Source: a virus
DNA length: 64,000 bases
Virus record (IMG/VR): IMGVR_UViG_3300025318_000007
Location: 1 to 64,000 of that record
Reading direction: 5' to 3' (one strand)
Shown here: positions 27,443 to 37,579 of the stretch, in pieces
How the letters are laid out: every line of letters begins with the position of its first letter
How positions within the stretch are numbered: position 1 is the stretch's first letter
Position numbers and translations under genes: made by a program
The notes under the pieces: model-generated
Databases searched by the model: none
Told to the model about the DNA's origin: nothing
The model's input: the letters and a program-made list of their open reading frames with translations, nothing else

Positions 27443-30400
27443 TAGAACGAACCCCTCAATAACGGACTTTTATAATCGCCCCTAGTACGCTCCATGTTCT
27501 TAAGAGATTGAGCAAACTTAACTAACGAATCAGCATCCTCTTGAGAAGCTACATTCACCGGAGTTGTTTCTCCGTTATTCAAGCTAATATCCACTCGAAC
27601 AGTCCCACCGGAAGTACCCAACAACGAAGCTCGATTCGCTCTCTGGAATCCGTCTCCAAGATTAGGCTGCATGAACTCAGGTCCAAAAGCCGCTCTAATG
27701 ACACCTGGATTCCAAATGTCCGCCACTACCTTTCCTACATCTTCGAACCTGTGGGGTGACCCTCCCGGGACATCAACAGTCTGTTTCGGCGTAAAGATAA
27801 CAGGTATATTAACCTGTCGCTTCTGCAACTCAGCGATAACCAAATCAACTGCATCAGCTCTCGGAGTAAAGTTAGCAATAATCTCAAAAGGCTGTTCGAG
27901 CTGAGTTCGAATAGTACCAATCTGTTCTTGAATTTCAGTTAACTTTTTCTTAATGATTTCTCCAGTCTGCTCAAACGTAGCCTGTTCCTGCGCGGCGAGC
28001 TGAATACGTTCTTGTTCAATTCGCTTTTGGAGTTCAGCCTGTTCCTTCGTCAACTGAATCTGCTCATCTAGCTTTTGTGCTTCAGCAGTTCTCTGAAGAG
28101 CTGCTTGCAATTGAGCAGCCGCCTGCGCAATAGCAGCCATGTCCTCTGGCCCCGTAGCAAAGAAAGCGGCACTAGACAATTTCTGAAACTCGGCGTTCGA
28201 TGCATGAATAGTACCAGACAGCTCATTGATCTTTTGTTTTGCCGCTTCAACATTCTGAGCGACGCCAACCGCAGCTACCTTTGCAATAGTACTTGTAATG
28301 TCGGGAGCAGCGATCTTTTGAATTAAACCCGTAACACTTTCAGCTAACTGCTGCGCACGTTCAAACTCACCACGTGAAAGAGCTGCCTCAACCTGTGCGC
28401 GTCTAATAGCAATCTGCTGCCGGACAAAATCATTTTGACGGTAAGCTTCAGTCTTCTGGAACTCCAGTTCAAAGATATCTTGTGCAACGCGATCTTCTAT
28501 TGCCTTAATACGATCCCGAGCTTGCCGGATTATATCAACGCGTTGAGAAGCAGCTTGCTGTACAGAGGTGAGCTGTTGTTGAAGCTTACCCCTCAGATCA
28601 GTCAATATATCAAGTTCAGATTGACGGAACTTCTGAACAGTCTCAGCCCGCTTTCGAACACGATCCTCTAGAGACTTCGTATCGTCAGTACGAATCTTAT
28701 CAATAACCGACAACTCAAAATCCCGTTGCTGACGAATCAACTCAATGGTCTTAGATGCTTTAGTTTCCTCTAATCTCAAGATGTCAGCATTCAACTTTGT
28801 ATCAATTTCAAAGATTGCTTGAGCCCGTGAACGCTCATCATCAACAGTCAGTCTAGCAAGATCACGATGAGCTCCAGCAAGCTGCTGTAACGCAACGATT
28901 TGTTCATCCACAGCCGCTGCAGTGTTAGACCGCAGATTGTCCATCGTCTTATTGATAGTTTCAATAACTGCAACGAGGACCTTTAAACTGATCTCAAACT
29001 TGTCAGTTGCTTTAGCAGCTTCTTCTGTAGATTTCTTAACTTCCGCTGCCTTCTTACTGAAGTTAGGCATATCAGTGAACACTAACGTATTCATCCGATC
29101 TGAAGTCTTAACCAACCCCGCAAGAAGACGATCTTCCATTACTTGAGCAGTTTCTTCTGCTCCGGTCACAAAAGAATCGTAAGCTTCAGTTGCTCCGAAT
29201 ACACTAAAGGTCATGAAGTCAAAAACCTTATTTACAAGTCTACCCGCCTGAATCAATCGTAAGAAGATCTGTACAACTCCGAGAGCAGCAACCTGTAAAC
29301 CAGATGCAAATGCTAAAGCAAGTAATTCGATTACCTCACCCAACTTACGCATTGCGATACTGAGAATATCTGACCACTCAAAGTTCGTTCGAAAGAAATC
29401 ATTGATTACTGGAAGTAGTGTTTCCAGAATCTTATATTCCTCATCTAAGAACACAAGTGCTTTCCAAAGAGCAGTCAATGCACCAATCAACACAAATAAC
29501 TGAGTCGGTATCAATAGATGCGGAAGTACTCTCAGTACAGAAATCAAACCTCTCCAAGTAGCAGTCAACAAAGCAACTGGTTTGATAGTAATTGCAATAT
29601 TTGACATCGCCAGGATAGCCCGAGCGGCTGCATTCTCAATACCTCTCCATGCACCTAAGATCACAGCTCCTGCAACTGAAAACAAACTTGAAGCGGACTT
29701 AACTTCGACCTGAATACCCGAGAACTGCGTTACCATCCGGCTCAAAATTTGAGACACGGTACCCATCGTGCCTACCGGAATTGTAAGTGCTGTATTAAAA
29801 ATTCGAGTGGCATTCGTCACCAACGTAACGGTAGCGGCCAGTTTCAAAAACGTACCTGTTAATGTAAACAGTACACCAAGAACGGTAATAGTCTTACCAA
29901 CAACGGCTAAGAATGTGGGCGGTAACTCTTCAATAGCTCGAACCAAACTTGTAATAATCCTATTCAGAGATGATAGTGTATCCTGCGTGAAAGTTCCCAA
30001 CAAACTGTTCAAGTTTGTAACTTGACCGGCTAATCTCTGATTAACCAAAATCAAATTATCACTCGATGCAGCAACTGTATCCAAAATAGGAGCAGCTGCT
30101 TGCGTAATTATATTGAAGATCTCTTGAGTCTGAGCTATCCGTTCAGTTTCATCAGTCAAACCACTCATTGCTTGTGTCTGCAAGGAAAGACTCTTTGCAG
30201 TCAACTCAGCAATCTTCTCTTGCTTGATGCTAGCGCCCAACAATCGCAAAGCGGGTCCAGGAATGCCAACAAAGGCATCTTTAACCGCAGTCAGTGCTTG
30301 ATCAAGATCGCCATACTGCTTACCTACAAGAGCTGTAACTCTAACCAATTCTCGCGTTTGAGCTAAGTTCAATTTAAGAGACGGGGCTAACTGGGTATAA

Positions 30401-31542
30401 ACGAATGCCAACTTAGCAATTTGTTCATTGCTGAAACCTGCTTGGCGGGCAGTCTCTTTAATGAATTTATTCCAAGAGTCAATATTACCAAACGACTGTC
30501 CAGTAGCTTTCGTAGTAGCTTCAACTGATCTGGTTAACTGTCCGAAAGCTAACTCTGTTCTACCAGCTTGTTCAGCCCATTGCGTAGCTACACTGATAAA
30601 CTGATTACCAACAGCGGTCAATGCTACACCGACAGCAATGATAGCCGCATTCATTGCTACAAGAGCAAAGGTAGCAAGGTTTGCAGCATTAGCAAAAAAA
30701 CTTACTCCAGGAACAACGCCGTCAAAAGCAAGACTGGCACTTTTACCCGCAACTGCAGTTGATTCAAGGCCATGACCAAGAGCCTGAGTCCCAGGAACAG
30801 CAGCTGCAGCTCCGGTTTTGATGCTAACAAAAGAATCAGCAATACGTTTAAAGGCCGGGACAGCTTCTTTAGCTCGATCCCATGCTCCTGTTAAAGAATT
30901 CCTTACAGAAGTAAAAGCACTAGTCACACCATTACCGGCAGCAACTACCCCAGGGATACTTTGTATCAGTCCACCAATAGCTTCGTGAGTGGTATCAAAA
31001 GCAGCAACGAAGCTTCCTGCGAAGGATTTGAAACCGGGAGACGTCTTACCTAAGTTATTGAGTGCTTGAGTTAAGAAGTTTGTATTAAGTGCTCCACGCT
31101 GTACTTCACCAAAGAACTGACCCAGAGCAGTCTGGCTACCAACGAACTGTCTACCTAGTCCAGCAGAAGCTGCAATCGTGTTTTGTAACGCACCTTGAAA
31201 CTTAAAGAAGGTACCGGCAGTCTTTTCATTACCAGAAGAGATCTGCTCCATAATGTCGCGGATTGTATTTAGACCTACATACAATCCACCGCCGACGAGA
31301 ACAGTTCTGGCAACACGACCGACAACACTGAGAAAGCTGTCAAACGCTGAAGTAGCTTTTGTAATGGGTGCAGTATCTGAAAGACTCTGGTTAACACCTT
31401 CACCAAGAGCCTTACCTGAAGCTTTGCCTACCCGATCAGCAGTAGCTTGGATTTTTTCAAGATTCGCTGAAGCTTTATCAATAGCTGATACGAATCTTTC
31501 AAGTTGGAGTTCAAGTTCAACACTATGCTGCTCGAGCGCCAA
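27442..31542 (-). CDS. tail tape measure protein
   Basis: 1366 aa, helical/coiled-coil with central multi-TM hydrophobic block; starts with TTG at 31540-31542. Confidence 0.85.
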   Translation of the reverse strand: MALEQHSVELELQLERFVSAIDKASANLEKIQATADRVGKASGKALGEGVNQSLSDTAPITKATSAFDSFLSVVGRVARTVLVGGGLYVGLNTIRDIMEQISSGNEKTAGTFFKFQGALQNTIAASAGLGRQFVGSQTALGQFFGEVQRGALNTNFLTQALNNLGKTSPGFKSFAGSFVAAFDTTHEAIGGLIQSIPGVVAAGNGVTSAFTSVRNSLTGAWDRAKEAVPAFKRIADSFVSIKTGAAAAVPGTQALGHGLESTAVAGKSASLAFDGVVPGVSFFANAANLATFALVAMNAAIIAVGVALTAVGNQFISVATQWAEQAGRTELAFGQLTRSVEATTKATGQSFGNIDSWNKFIKETARQAGFSNEQIAKLAFVYTQLAPSLKLNLAQTRELVRVTALVGKQYGDLDQALTAVKDAFVGIPGPALRLLGASIKQEKIAELTAKSLSLQTQAMSGLTDETERIAQTQEIFNIITQAAAPILDTVAASSDNLILVNQRLAGQVTNLNSLLGTFTQDTLSSLNRIITSLVRAIEELPPTFLAVVGKTITVLGVLFTLTGTFLKLAATVTLVTNATRIFNTALTIPVGTMGTVSQILSRMVTQFSGIQVEVKSASSLFSVAGAVILGAWRGIENAAARAILAMSNIAITIKPVALLTATWRGLISVLRVLPHLLIPTQLFVLIGALTALWKALVFLDEEYKILETLLPVINDFFRTNFEWSDILSIAMRKLGEVIELLALAFASGLQVAALGVVQIFLRLIQAGRLVNKVFDFMTFSVFGATEAYDSFVTGAEETAQVMEDRLLAGLVKTSDRMNTLVFTDMPNFSKKAAEVKKSTEEAAKATDKFEISLKVLVAVIETINKTMDNLRSNTAAAVDEQIVALQQLAGAHRDLARLTVDDERSRAQAIFEIDTKLNADILRLEETKASKTIELIRQQRDFELSVIDKIRTDDTKSLEDRVRKRAETVQKFRQSELDILTDLRGKLQQQLTSVQQAASQRVDIIRQARDRIKAIEDRVAQDIFELEFQKTEAYRQNDFVRQQIAIRRAQVEAALSRGEFERAQQLAESVTGLIQKIAAPDITSTIAKVAAVGVAQNVEAAKQKINELSGTIHASNAEFQKLSSAAFFATGPEDMAAIAQAAAQLQAALQRTAEAQKLDEQIQLTKEQAELQKRIEQERIQLAAQEQATFEQTGEIIKKKLTEIQEQIGTIRTQLEQPFEIIANFTPRADAVDLVIAELQKRQVNIPVIFTPKQTVDVPGGSPHRFEDVGKVVADIWNPGVIRAAFGPEFMQPNLGDGFQRANRASLLGTSGGTVRVDISLNNGETTPVNVASQEDADSLVKFAQSLKNMERTRGDYKSPLLRGSF

Positions 31543-31550
31543 TTAACTCA

Positions 31551-31786
31551 CTACCCTTCAACCGTGTACTCACTAAACAATCCAGATGAGAGTGCATCCT
31601 CCACCTTCATTGCTTTCTTCTTCTTCGTGAAGTTTGGAGGACCTCCCTTGTTACCCGCTGGACTTGATACTGACTTACCTTCGTACCTATGGACCATTGC
31701 GTCTGTGAGCAACTCCAGCTCGTAGGTCGTAAGATCTAAGATGTGATCTCGAGTCCAGTGATACTCGTGAGCAAGTAAATCGATTA
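31551..31786 (-). other. -1 frame extension of tail assembly chaperone (G/GT-type programmed frameshift candidate)
   Basis: hand translation: -1 frame relative to chaperone is open from at least 25 codons before chaperone stop (31784-86) through 31554, ending TAG 31551-53 just before TMP start. Confidence 0.4.
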
Positions 31787-32245
31787 CGACTGCGAGTCGC
31801 TTTTCGATTCGCTTTCGGATGACTTCTGGGCTGTGGTCGTTTTCTCTGTCGGAAACATCACGTTGAACTTTTCGATGACTAATGTTCCCGATGCTATAAT
31901 ACGACCGAAAAAGGGGGAAGCTACAGCCACAAGATCCTCTGGCGTGTACTCATCAAGTATCTGATCCTTTTCAATACCGAGATACTTTGAAAGTACCTCA
32001 GACAACTCCTCAATCACCTGCGGAAGGAGAATAGGGAGTGCTTTAGCTACTTCAAACGCAACTGTTGAGCCTGAAGTATCTGCTGAAAAGACAGCCGGTG
32101 GGAGATGCTCTTTGGCTTTGGTGATGAGATTTGCGACTGACTGCGTCAGCGTTAGAACCTTACGCAAAGTGAGAGGTGGAAGCTTAACCTTCTTACCTGA
32201 GCTAAGCTCCACCTCTTGATCGTGAACGAAAGCTTGTTCTGACAT
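31784..32245 (-). CDS. tail assembly chaperone
   Basis: position between tail tube and tape measure; acidic C-terminus. Confidence 0.55.
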   Translation of the reverse strand: MSEQAFVHDQEVELSSGKKVKLPPLTLRKVLTLTQSVANLITKAKEHLPPAVFSADTSGSTVAFEVAKALPILLPQVIEELSEVLSKYLGIEKDQILDEYTPEDLVAVASPFFGRIIASGTLVIEKFNVMFPTEKTTTAQKSSESESKSDSQS

Positions 32246-32280
32246 GGCCTCTTGGACCTCCTCAATTTTTCAGTTCAAGT

Positions 32281-32832
32281 TTACTGTTTCTGTCGGACGA
32301 TTCGGAAGTACCGCTGACCGACAGCAAGAGCTGAACTGTCCCACGCGACGGTAGCTTCGAGAGCCTTGATACCGAAGGGGAACGAATGCAATTCATCCTG
32401 CTGTAGATTCAACGACCACTCGCCGTTCGGCTGGCAGCGCCAGAAGTAGAACGAAACCGTATGGCCGGTCGGCAACGTGTGCACGATTCGAACCGCGATT
32501 TCATCCGTATCCGGATCCCCACCGAAATCAAACGTGTCTTCACTGGCGGACGACGTAGTGATACCTGCACCTAGCGCGATGGCCAGGTTAAGCAAATTCC
32601 ACTCGAGAGTCTGAACCGACAGCTCGACCGTTTCTCCGATAACGAACTGCTTAATCAACGTGCGAGGCGAGCCTTGAAAAACTTCAAGGAACTCACGATT
32701 AACACTGAGTTCCATGCCGTCTTCATGGATAGCACCGACATCGATCGAAGGAGTCGTTCCAGCCGGACCCACGTACATAACCGCGGGTCCTAAGCTGATG
32801 TTTCCGACATTATAATTCGAAGTGTTAGCCAA
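32281..32832 (-). CDS. major tail tube protein
   Basis: 183 aa, position upstream of chaperone-TMP; TTG start with AGGTGG RBS; strong promoter upstream. Confidence 0.6.
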   Translation of the reverse strand: MANTSNYNVGNISLGPAVMYVGPAGTTPSIDVGAIHEDGMELSVNREFLEVFQGSPRTLIKQFVIGETVELSVQTLEWNLLNLAIALGAGITTSSASEDTFDFGGDPDTDEIAVRIVHTLPTGHTVSFYFWRCQPNGEWSLNLQQDELHSFPFGIKALEATVAWDSSALAVGQRYFRIVRQKQ

Positions 32833-32867
32833 TTTGATCAGCCACCTTTCCTAAAAGGTCAAATTGA

Positions 32868-32896
32868 ATTGTAATATTATTTATGGCTTATGTCAA
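32868..32896 (-). promoter_or_regulatory. consensus sigma70-like promoter TTGACA-17-TACAAT
   Basis: reverse complement of 32868-32896 reads TTGACATAAGCCATAAATAATATTACAAT. Confidence 0.45.
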
Positions 32897-33129
32897 TCTT
32901 TAATATCATGTTCTCGCAATAGTTGCTGCAACGGAACGTTTGTCTGAAAACTATTCTCAGTTTGACACAGCCTACAAATAATTCGAATAGTGCCTTGCAC
33001 AAAGCAAGTTAACGTCTTATACTTGATCGCCATAGTGCCGCCCGGATGAAGTATGCCGATCATTGAGTTACACTGGCGACACTTCCACGCTTTAAGATCT
33101 TTTGATCCTTTTAGAGGTTCTAGCGCCAT
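32893..33129 (-). CDS. zinc-ribbon protein
   Basis: CRQC...CRLC pairs. Confidence 0.45.
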   Translation of the reverse strand: MALEPLKGSKDLKAWKCRQCNSMIGILHPGGTMAIKYKTLTCFVQGTIRIICRLCQTENSFQTNVPLQQLLREHDIKD

Positions 33130-33539
33130 TAGTCTGCCTGTAACCGATGTACTTGAAATCGTTGTCCAGTGGAATACAATCGGGGTTCCTCTTCATATTT
33201 TTCTGTTGGAGTACCAATCGCTCGAATACGAATTAAAGATTCGATGGACTGCTTATTTACACGATCGTAAATCGCAGTAAGAATAGTATGAGCCTCATCG
33301 TGACTGATATTCGAGTAAGCCCAAATGTTTAGAGGAAACTGCTGCAGGATGCCCCAGTGACGCTCAACTCCACTATCCGCCCAAAAACACGCTTTCGGCC
33401 AATCACTCGAACCCGATATATTGTATAGAGTCGCTAATTGAGCACCAATAAACCGCTGTCCAATCAAATTAGTGACACTGGATGAAGCTAAAACATAAGT
33501 TCGAAGTTTAGTTTTAAAATCATTGAAGGACAGTGACAT
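33129..33539 (-). CDS. putative neck/tail terminator protein
   Basis: position. Confidence 0.4.
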   Translation of the reverse strand: MSLSFNDFKTKLRTYVLASSSVTNLIGQRFIGAQLATLYNISGSSDWPKACFWADSGVERHWGILQQFPLNIWAYSNISHDEAHTILTAIYDRVNKQSIESLIRIRAIGTPTEKYEEEPRLYSTGQRFQVHRLQAD

Positions 33540-33557
33540 GTGTCAATTATAGACCAC

Positions 33558-33992
33558 TTAAGCCTCATCGACACCCCGACGCAGTGCTCGTTCCATAATT
33601 TCAGTTAATCGAGCTCTAACTTCATTGTAACTGCCAGTGATAAAGTCACGAGCAATCATTTTTGACGTACCATAAAGTACATGCACGACTTCGGGAGCTT
33701 GGCTTTCATCAACGCCAACATCGATTGCATACTGATTAATCTGGACTTGGCCGACAGCGTTGACTAATCTACCCGATTGAACGTGAACTTGATAATCTGG
33801 GCTGTGGAGGGACTGGGGAGCTCGTCGAGCATATGGATAACCCAACCGAGCTAATTCGTCTGCGGTGTGGTCATCTAAGGAAACATTCTCGACTATTTTC
33901 TCTTCAAGAGCATTAGCACATTCCTTTAGAGCTTCTGTCAGTCGCTTCGTGACAGAAAATCGCAATCCTTGGAGCGGCTGCCGTCTAGCCAT
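33558..33992 (-). CDS. putative head-tail joining protein
   Basis: position. Confidence 0.4.
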   Translation of the reverse strand: MARRQPLQGLRFSVTKRLTEALKECANALEEKIVENVSLDDHTADELARLGYPYARRAPQSLHSPDYQVHVQSGRLVNAVGQVQINQYAIDVGVDESQAPEVVHVLYGTSKMIARDFITGSYNEVRARLTEIMERALRRGVDEA

Positions 33993-34003
33993 ACTCCATT
34001 ATA

Positions 34004-36421
34004 TCACATCTTTTGCTGTTGCTCCAGAGCAGCTAGCTTAATCTTCTCAATCCTCTCTTCCATACTATCGATATGTTCCTTCAACCATTTTGCGGTTTCC
34101 GGGTGGGTATGAAAGTATTGTAAGCAATGACCAGGAGCCCCTGGAATATTGTGAGGACGAATCTTATTTAAAGTCGAGGCATACTGACTAAGTAACTTGC
34201 CATTAGGATGATGTGGTCCGAAAAGCTTACGAGCACGATCCATCCAAAAGAAAGCTTTTTCAATAAAAGTCTTACCCATCTCCATTGCGGCAAGTGGAAA
34301 CTTCGGAGCTAAAGTACAGGCGATCTTAATGAGTCGAAGAGCATCTTCTTGGCAGTTGTCTTCCAACAAATGGATCGCTAAATTGTAATAAGCACGTCCA
34401 TCCATCGGATTATCTTTCATCTGCTTGATATTGATCTCCATGTAACGCTGCATTTTCGTGAACGACTGTTCTGGAGTCATCGTAAGATATCCCAGATGAT
34501 TAATGCCAATTGGACTCTGACTAACTCTCCAATGAGACTGCGCGGAGTAGTTATCGACCGTTTCGTGCAGGTATCCCCAATATGCAACTTTACCGTCGTT
34601 GGTAAACATCCGAATGGTGTCAGTGTTAATCACTTCCCCATTTTTCTGATAGTTGTGTATGGGCACCACCCATGCATCAATGTCGTCAGCGTCGAGCATT
34701 CTACGAATACCGGCCCAACTGGTCACTTCTTCATCGAGATCCAATTGCAGAATAAACTTCTTAGTGCAATGATTGAGCAGAGCATTTCTTGTAGCACTGA
34801 AGTCGTCGGTCATTGTAACTGGTACAATCTTACACCCGTACAATTCAGCAAGAAATTTATCATCTTCACTCATCCCGTTATCACCGAGCACTATTTCATC
34901 GGCCATCGCAGAAGCGACATCAAGCCACTTCGAAAGATAAGTACCGCCATTCTTGAGAGGCGTGTAAATACTAAATGTACTATCTTCTTTCCAAGACAGT
35001 AAATGGAGATACTTTTCACTAGTGAGATAATCCCACCCAGCTTTCGGCATTCCAGGAAGCTTTACATCGAGATTCTTGTAAAAGTTCTTACGGTATTCGC
35101 GTTCTTCGGACTTAGCAAATCCACCATTTAGAATACGAACGCTGCAATCGCGAATACACTCCAATGGTATTGAGGGTCCAAAACCGAACTGTTGAGTTAA
35201 CTTTCCAGGAAGGGTTATCTCTCTGCCTGGAATAACTTTAACGAGTTGAACGCTGCCGGACCGTCCCCATGGCTCATCAAATCGCCAACCCTTACTTGAC
35301 CACTTAAAATAAGTTTGCAGCCGATACCCAAACACCAGTGGATTAACTGGATTGAGAAGTCGAGTCTTAAATTCCGACATCTTTGCTTCAACAATCTCAT
35401 CTTGATCCAAAAAGAGCACCCACAAGTGACCCTCTTTCTCAGCTCGTTTATAAAGTTCATTCAAATCTCTTTTTTGATCAAACGAACGAGAATATTTTAC
35501 GTAGTGAGTTATCTTACTAGCCAAACTTGCTCGGTGTTCCTTCAGATAGGGCATCACCTTAACTTTAGAGTTGTCATCTAAGATGTAAACAGCATCTGCA
35601 AACTCTAACGAACGCTGAATCGAATCAGCCAACAACTCCATCGAGTAATCTGAATTTACTTTTACTCGATAACATACTGCAAGGGTGGGCTTGGCATCCT
35701 TATTGTAAAATGACTTGATATATGAAAGTGGGCCGACATCTTTCTCTGTCAAATCGTAATAGACAATCGTATTGGGAGCAATCACCGGCAAGTACCCCAA
35801 CTGAAGAACCTTGGCAGTGAAAACTTCAATTGCGGCAAATCCAATATCGAAAGTTTCATCAAAACCACCGACTGCATCGAAGACGTGCTTGCCCATAAAC
35901 AGACAAGCCTTACCTAATCCGAGAGCCGGTTGCCAAGCTTTCCGTTCTTGAGTATTATTGCGGTCGATATTTGCTTGAACATCATCGAGATTATCTTGGG
36001 TAATAACAGTGTCAGCAACCGCTTTACTGATGAGGGGTGCACAAATTCCGATCTTACCAACTTTGTAATCTCTCTCAAAAGTATCGTACCCGTAAGAGAG
36101 CTTCACAAGAAGATTAAGAGTAACAATTGCCTTATCACTCAAGAAGAGAACTTGCTGGCCGTTAGCACTTCGGCCGCCGCGATTGTAAAGAGCAACTGTG
36201 GTACTTACGCCGTCAACTGCAATAACATCCCAACGAGCTACCTTTTCTGCGCGGCAGTAGTGGTCAGTGACGGCACCGACTGGATAACTAACCGTGGGAT
36301 GCACGACGATGATTTCTGTGCGGCTGGGATCGATAGCCCTCACCAAACGTGAAATGCATCGAGTAAAAATTTCAAGGCCATGCTCAGCTGCGATGACAAT
36401 AGTCCATTTAATCTCGTTCAT
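34004..36421 (-). CDS. multidomain glycosyltransferase (three GT-A/GT2-like modules + C-terminal helical repeats)
   Basis: N-terminal IVIAAEHGLEIFTRCISRL; DxD-like motifs YILDDNS, FLDQDEI, LDLDEEV. Confidence 0.7.
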   Translation of the reverse strand: MNEIKWTIVIAAEHGLEIFTRCISRLVRAIDPSRTEIIVVHPTVSYPVGAVTDHYCRAEKVARWDVIAVDGVSTTVALYNRGGRSANGQQVLFLSDKAIVTLNLLVKLSYGYDTFERDYKVGKIGICAPLISKAVADTVITQDNLDDVQANIDRNNTQERKAWQPALGLGKACLFMGKHVFDAVGGFDETFDIGFAAIEVFTAKVLQLGYLPVIAPNTIVYYDLTEKDVGPLSYIKSFYNKDAKPTLAVCYRVKVNSDYSMELLADSIQRSLEFADAVYILDDNSKVKVMPYLKEHRASLASKITHYVKYSRSFDQKRDLNELYKRAEKEGHLWVLFLDQDEIVEAKMSEFKTRLLNPVNPLVFGYRLQTYFKWSSKGWRFDEPWGRSGSVQLVKVIPGREITLPGKLTQQFGFGPSIPLECIRDCSVRILNGGFAKSEEREYRKNFYKNLDVKLPGMPKAGWDYLTSEKYLHLLSWKEDSTFSIYTPLKNGGTYLSKWLDVASAMADEIVLGDNGMSEDDKFLAELYGCKIVPVTMTDDFSATRNALLNHCTKKFILQLDLDEEVTSWAGIRRMLDADDIDAWVVPIHNYQKNGEVINTDTIRMFTNDGKVAYWGYLHETVDNYSAQSHWRVSQSPIGINHLGYLTMTPEQSFTKMQRYMEINIKQMKDNPMDGRAYYNLAIHLLEDNCQEDALRLIKIACTLAPKFPLAAMEMGKTFIEKAFFWMDRARKLFGPHHPNGKLLSQYASTLNKIRPHNIPGAPGHCLQYFHTHPETAKWLKEHIDSMEERIEKIKLAALEQQQKM

Positions 36422-36430
36422 AATGTACCC

Positions 36431-37579
36431 CTACAGATATCTAAGAAGGATGTCTGCAATTAGTTTTCCGGCGTTTCCATCTCCAAAGCTCAAACTAGGT
36501 TTAAACTCCGGTGGCTTATCTATGAATGATACTATCTTTTTACCCAAAGTGTCAAAGTCATACCCAACGAGCTCTACACCCGGAAGCTCAAGAGCTTCGG
36601 GACGTTCAGTTTCAGACCTCATTACCAACGTGGGTACTCCCAGTACAGCCGCTTCTTCTAACACACCACCACTATCGGTTACCGCCAATTGACATGCTTT
36701 TAGTAGCCAAACGAAATCGGAGTAGTTGAGTGGTCCATATAATCGAACATTTTGCACACCACCCAATTCATTTGTAACTAAACTTTTGATCGCTGGATTT
36801 GGATGCACCGGCCACACAAAAATATAATCTTCATGCTCTTGCGCCAATTGTTTAACAGTATTACAGAGCTTCAACATTGGTTCTCCCCAAGACTCTCTCC
36901 GATGGCACGTAATAAGAATAACTTCTCGAAGAGGTATCATGGGAAAAACATTATACCCACCCGGTAGCGTAGTATTTAAAGTATGATTAACGGCATCAAC
37001 TACAGTGTTACCCGTAATCCAAATCTTAGTATTTGAAACACCCTCACGACATAGATTAAAGGATGCCTGTGTGGTTGGTGCGAAGTGAAGAGTAGCTAAT
37101 CGGGATATCAACCTACGATTCATCTCTTCAGGAAACGGAGACTCGAATCGAGAAGTTCTTAATCCAGCCTCAACATGAGCAACTGGTATTTGCTCATAAA
37201 ACGCTGCGAGGGAAGAACAAAAGGCGGTGGTGGTATCGCCATGAACTAGAACAATGTCTGGATTGAAAAGCTTAAGCTGCTCGGCGATCTTAGTGACAAG
37301 AAGTCCAGTGAGAGTACTAAGATATGAATCGCTTCTTACAAGAGAGATCTCAAAATCAAACTTCAATTTAAAGAGTTCAAGAATAGGCTGGACAACATGA
37401 ATTTCGTGTTGTCCAGTGAAACCAAAATGGTTCTCTATCTTGGCTTCATTCGATAGTTCTTGAAGAGCGGCAACGACCGGAGCCATCTTTATTACCTCCG
37501 GTCGAGTACCGACGATGGTTAAAACCTTTTTCATGTCTGGGGTCGATCCGGTAGAAGCAGCTCCAAAAGAGTTGTCCAC
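36431..37579 (-). CDS. wecB: UDP-N-acetylglucosamine 2-epimerase (non-hydrolysing, WecB/MnaA family)
   Basis: IVGTRPEVIKMAPV, LVHGDTTT, AHVEAGLRT, FPEEMNRR motifs. Confidence 0.85.
   Translation of the reverse strand: MDNSFGAASTGSTPDMKKVLTIVGTRPEVIKMAPVVAALQELSNEAKIENHFGFTGQHEIHVVQPILELFKLKFDFEISLVRSDSYLSTLTGLLVTKIAEQLKLFNPDIVLVHGDTTTAFCSSLAAFYEQIPVAHVEAGLRTSRFESPFPEEMNRRLISRLATLHFAPTTQASFNLCREGVSNTKIWITGNTVVDAVNHTLNTTLPGGYNVFPMIPLREVILITCHRRESWGEPMLKLCNTVKQLAQEHEDYIFVWPVHPNPAIKSLVTNELGGVQNVRLYGPLNYSDFVWLLKACQLAVTDSGGVLEEAAVLGVPTLVMRSETERPEALELPGVELVGYDFDTLGKKIVSFIDKPPEFKPSLSFGDGNAGKLIADILLRYL

Noticed and set aside
32281-34000. Tail sheath gene (would make it a myovirus)
   Set aside because: There is no ORF of 400-700 aa adjacent to the tube gene; the neighbours are 78, 136 and 144 aa. 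A siphovirus-type tail is therefore inferred.
34496-35002. 168-aa plus-strand ORF inside GT gene
   Set aside because: It is antisense to a gene with clear GT2 motifs.
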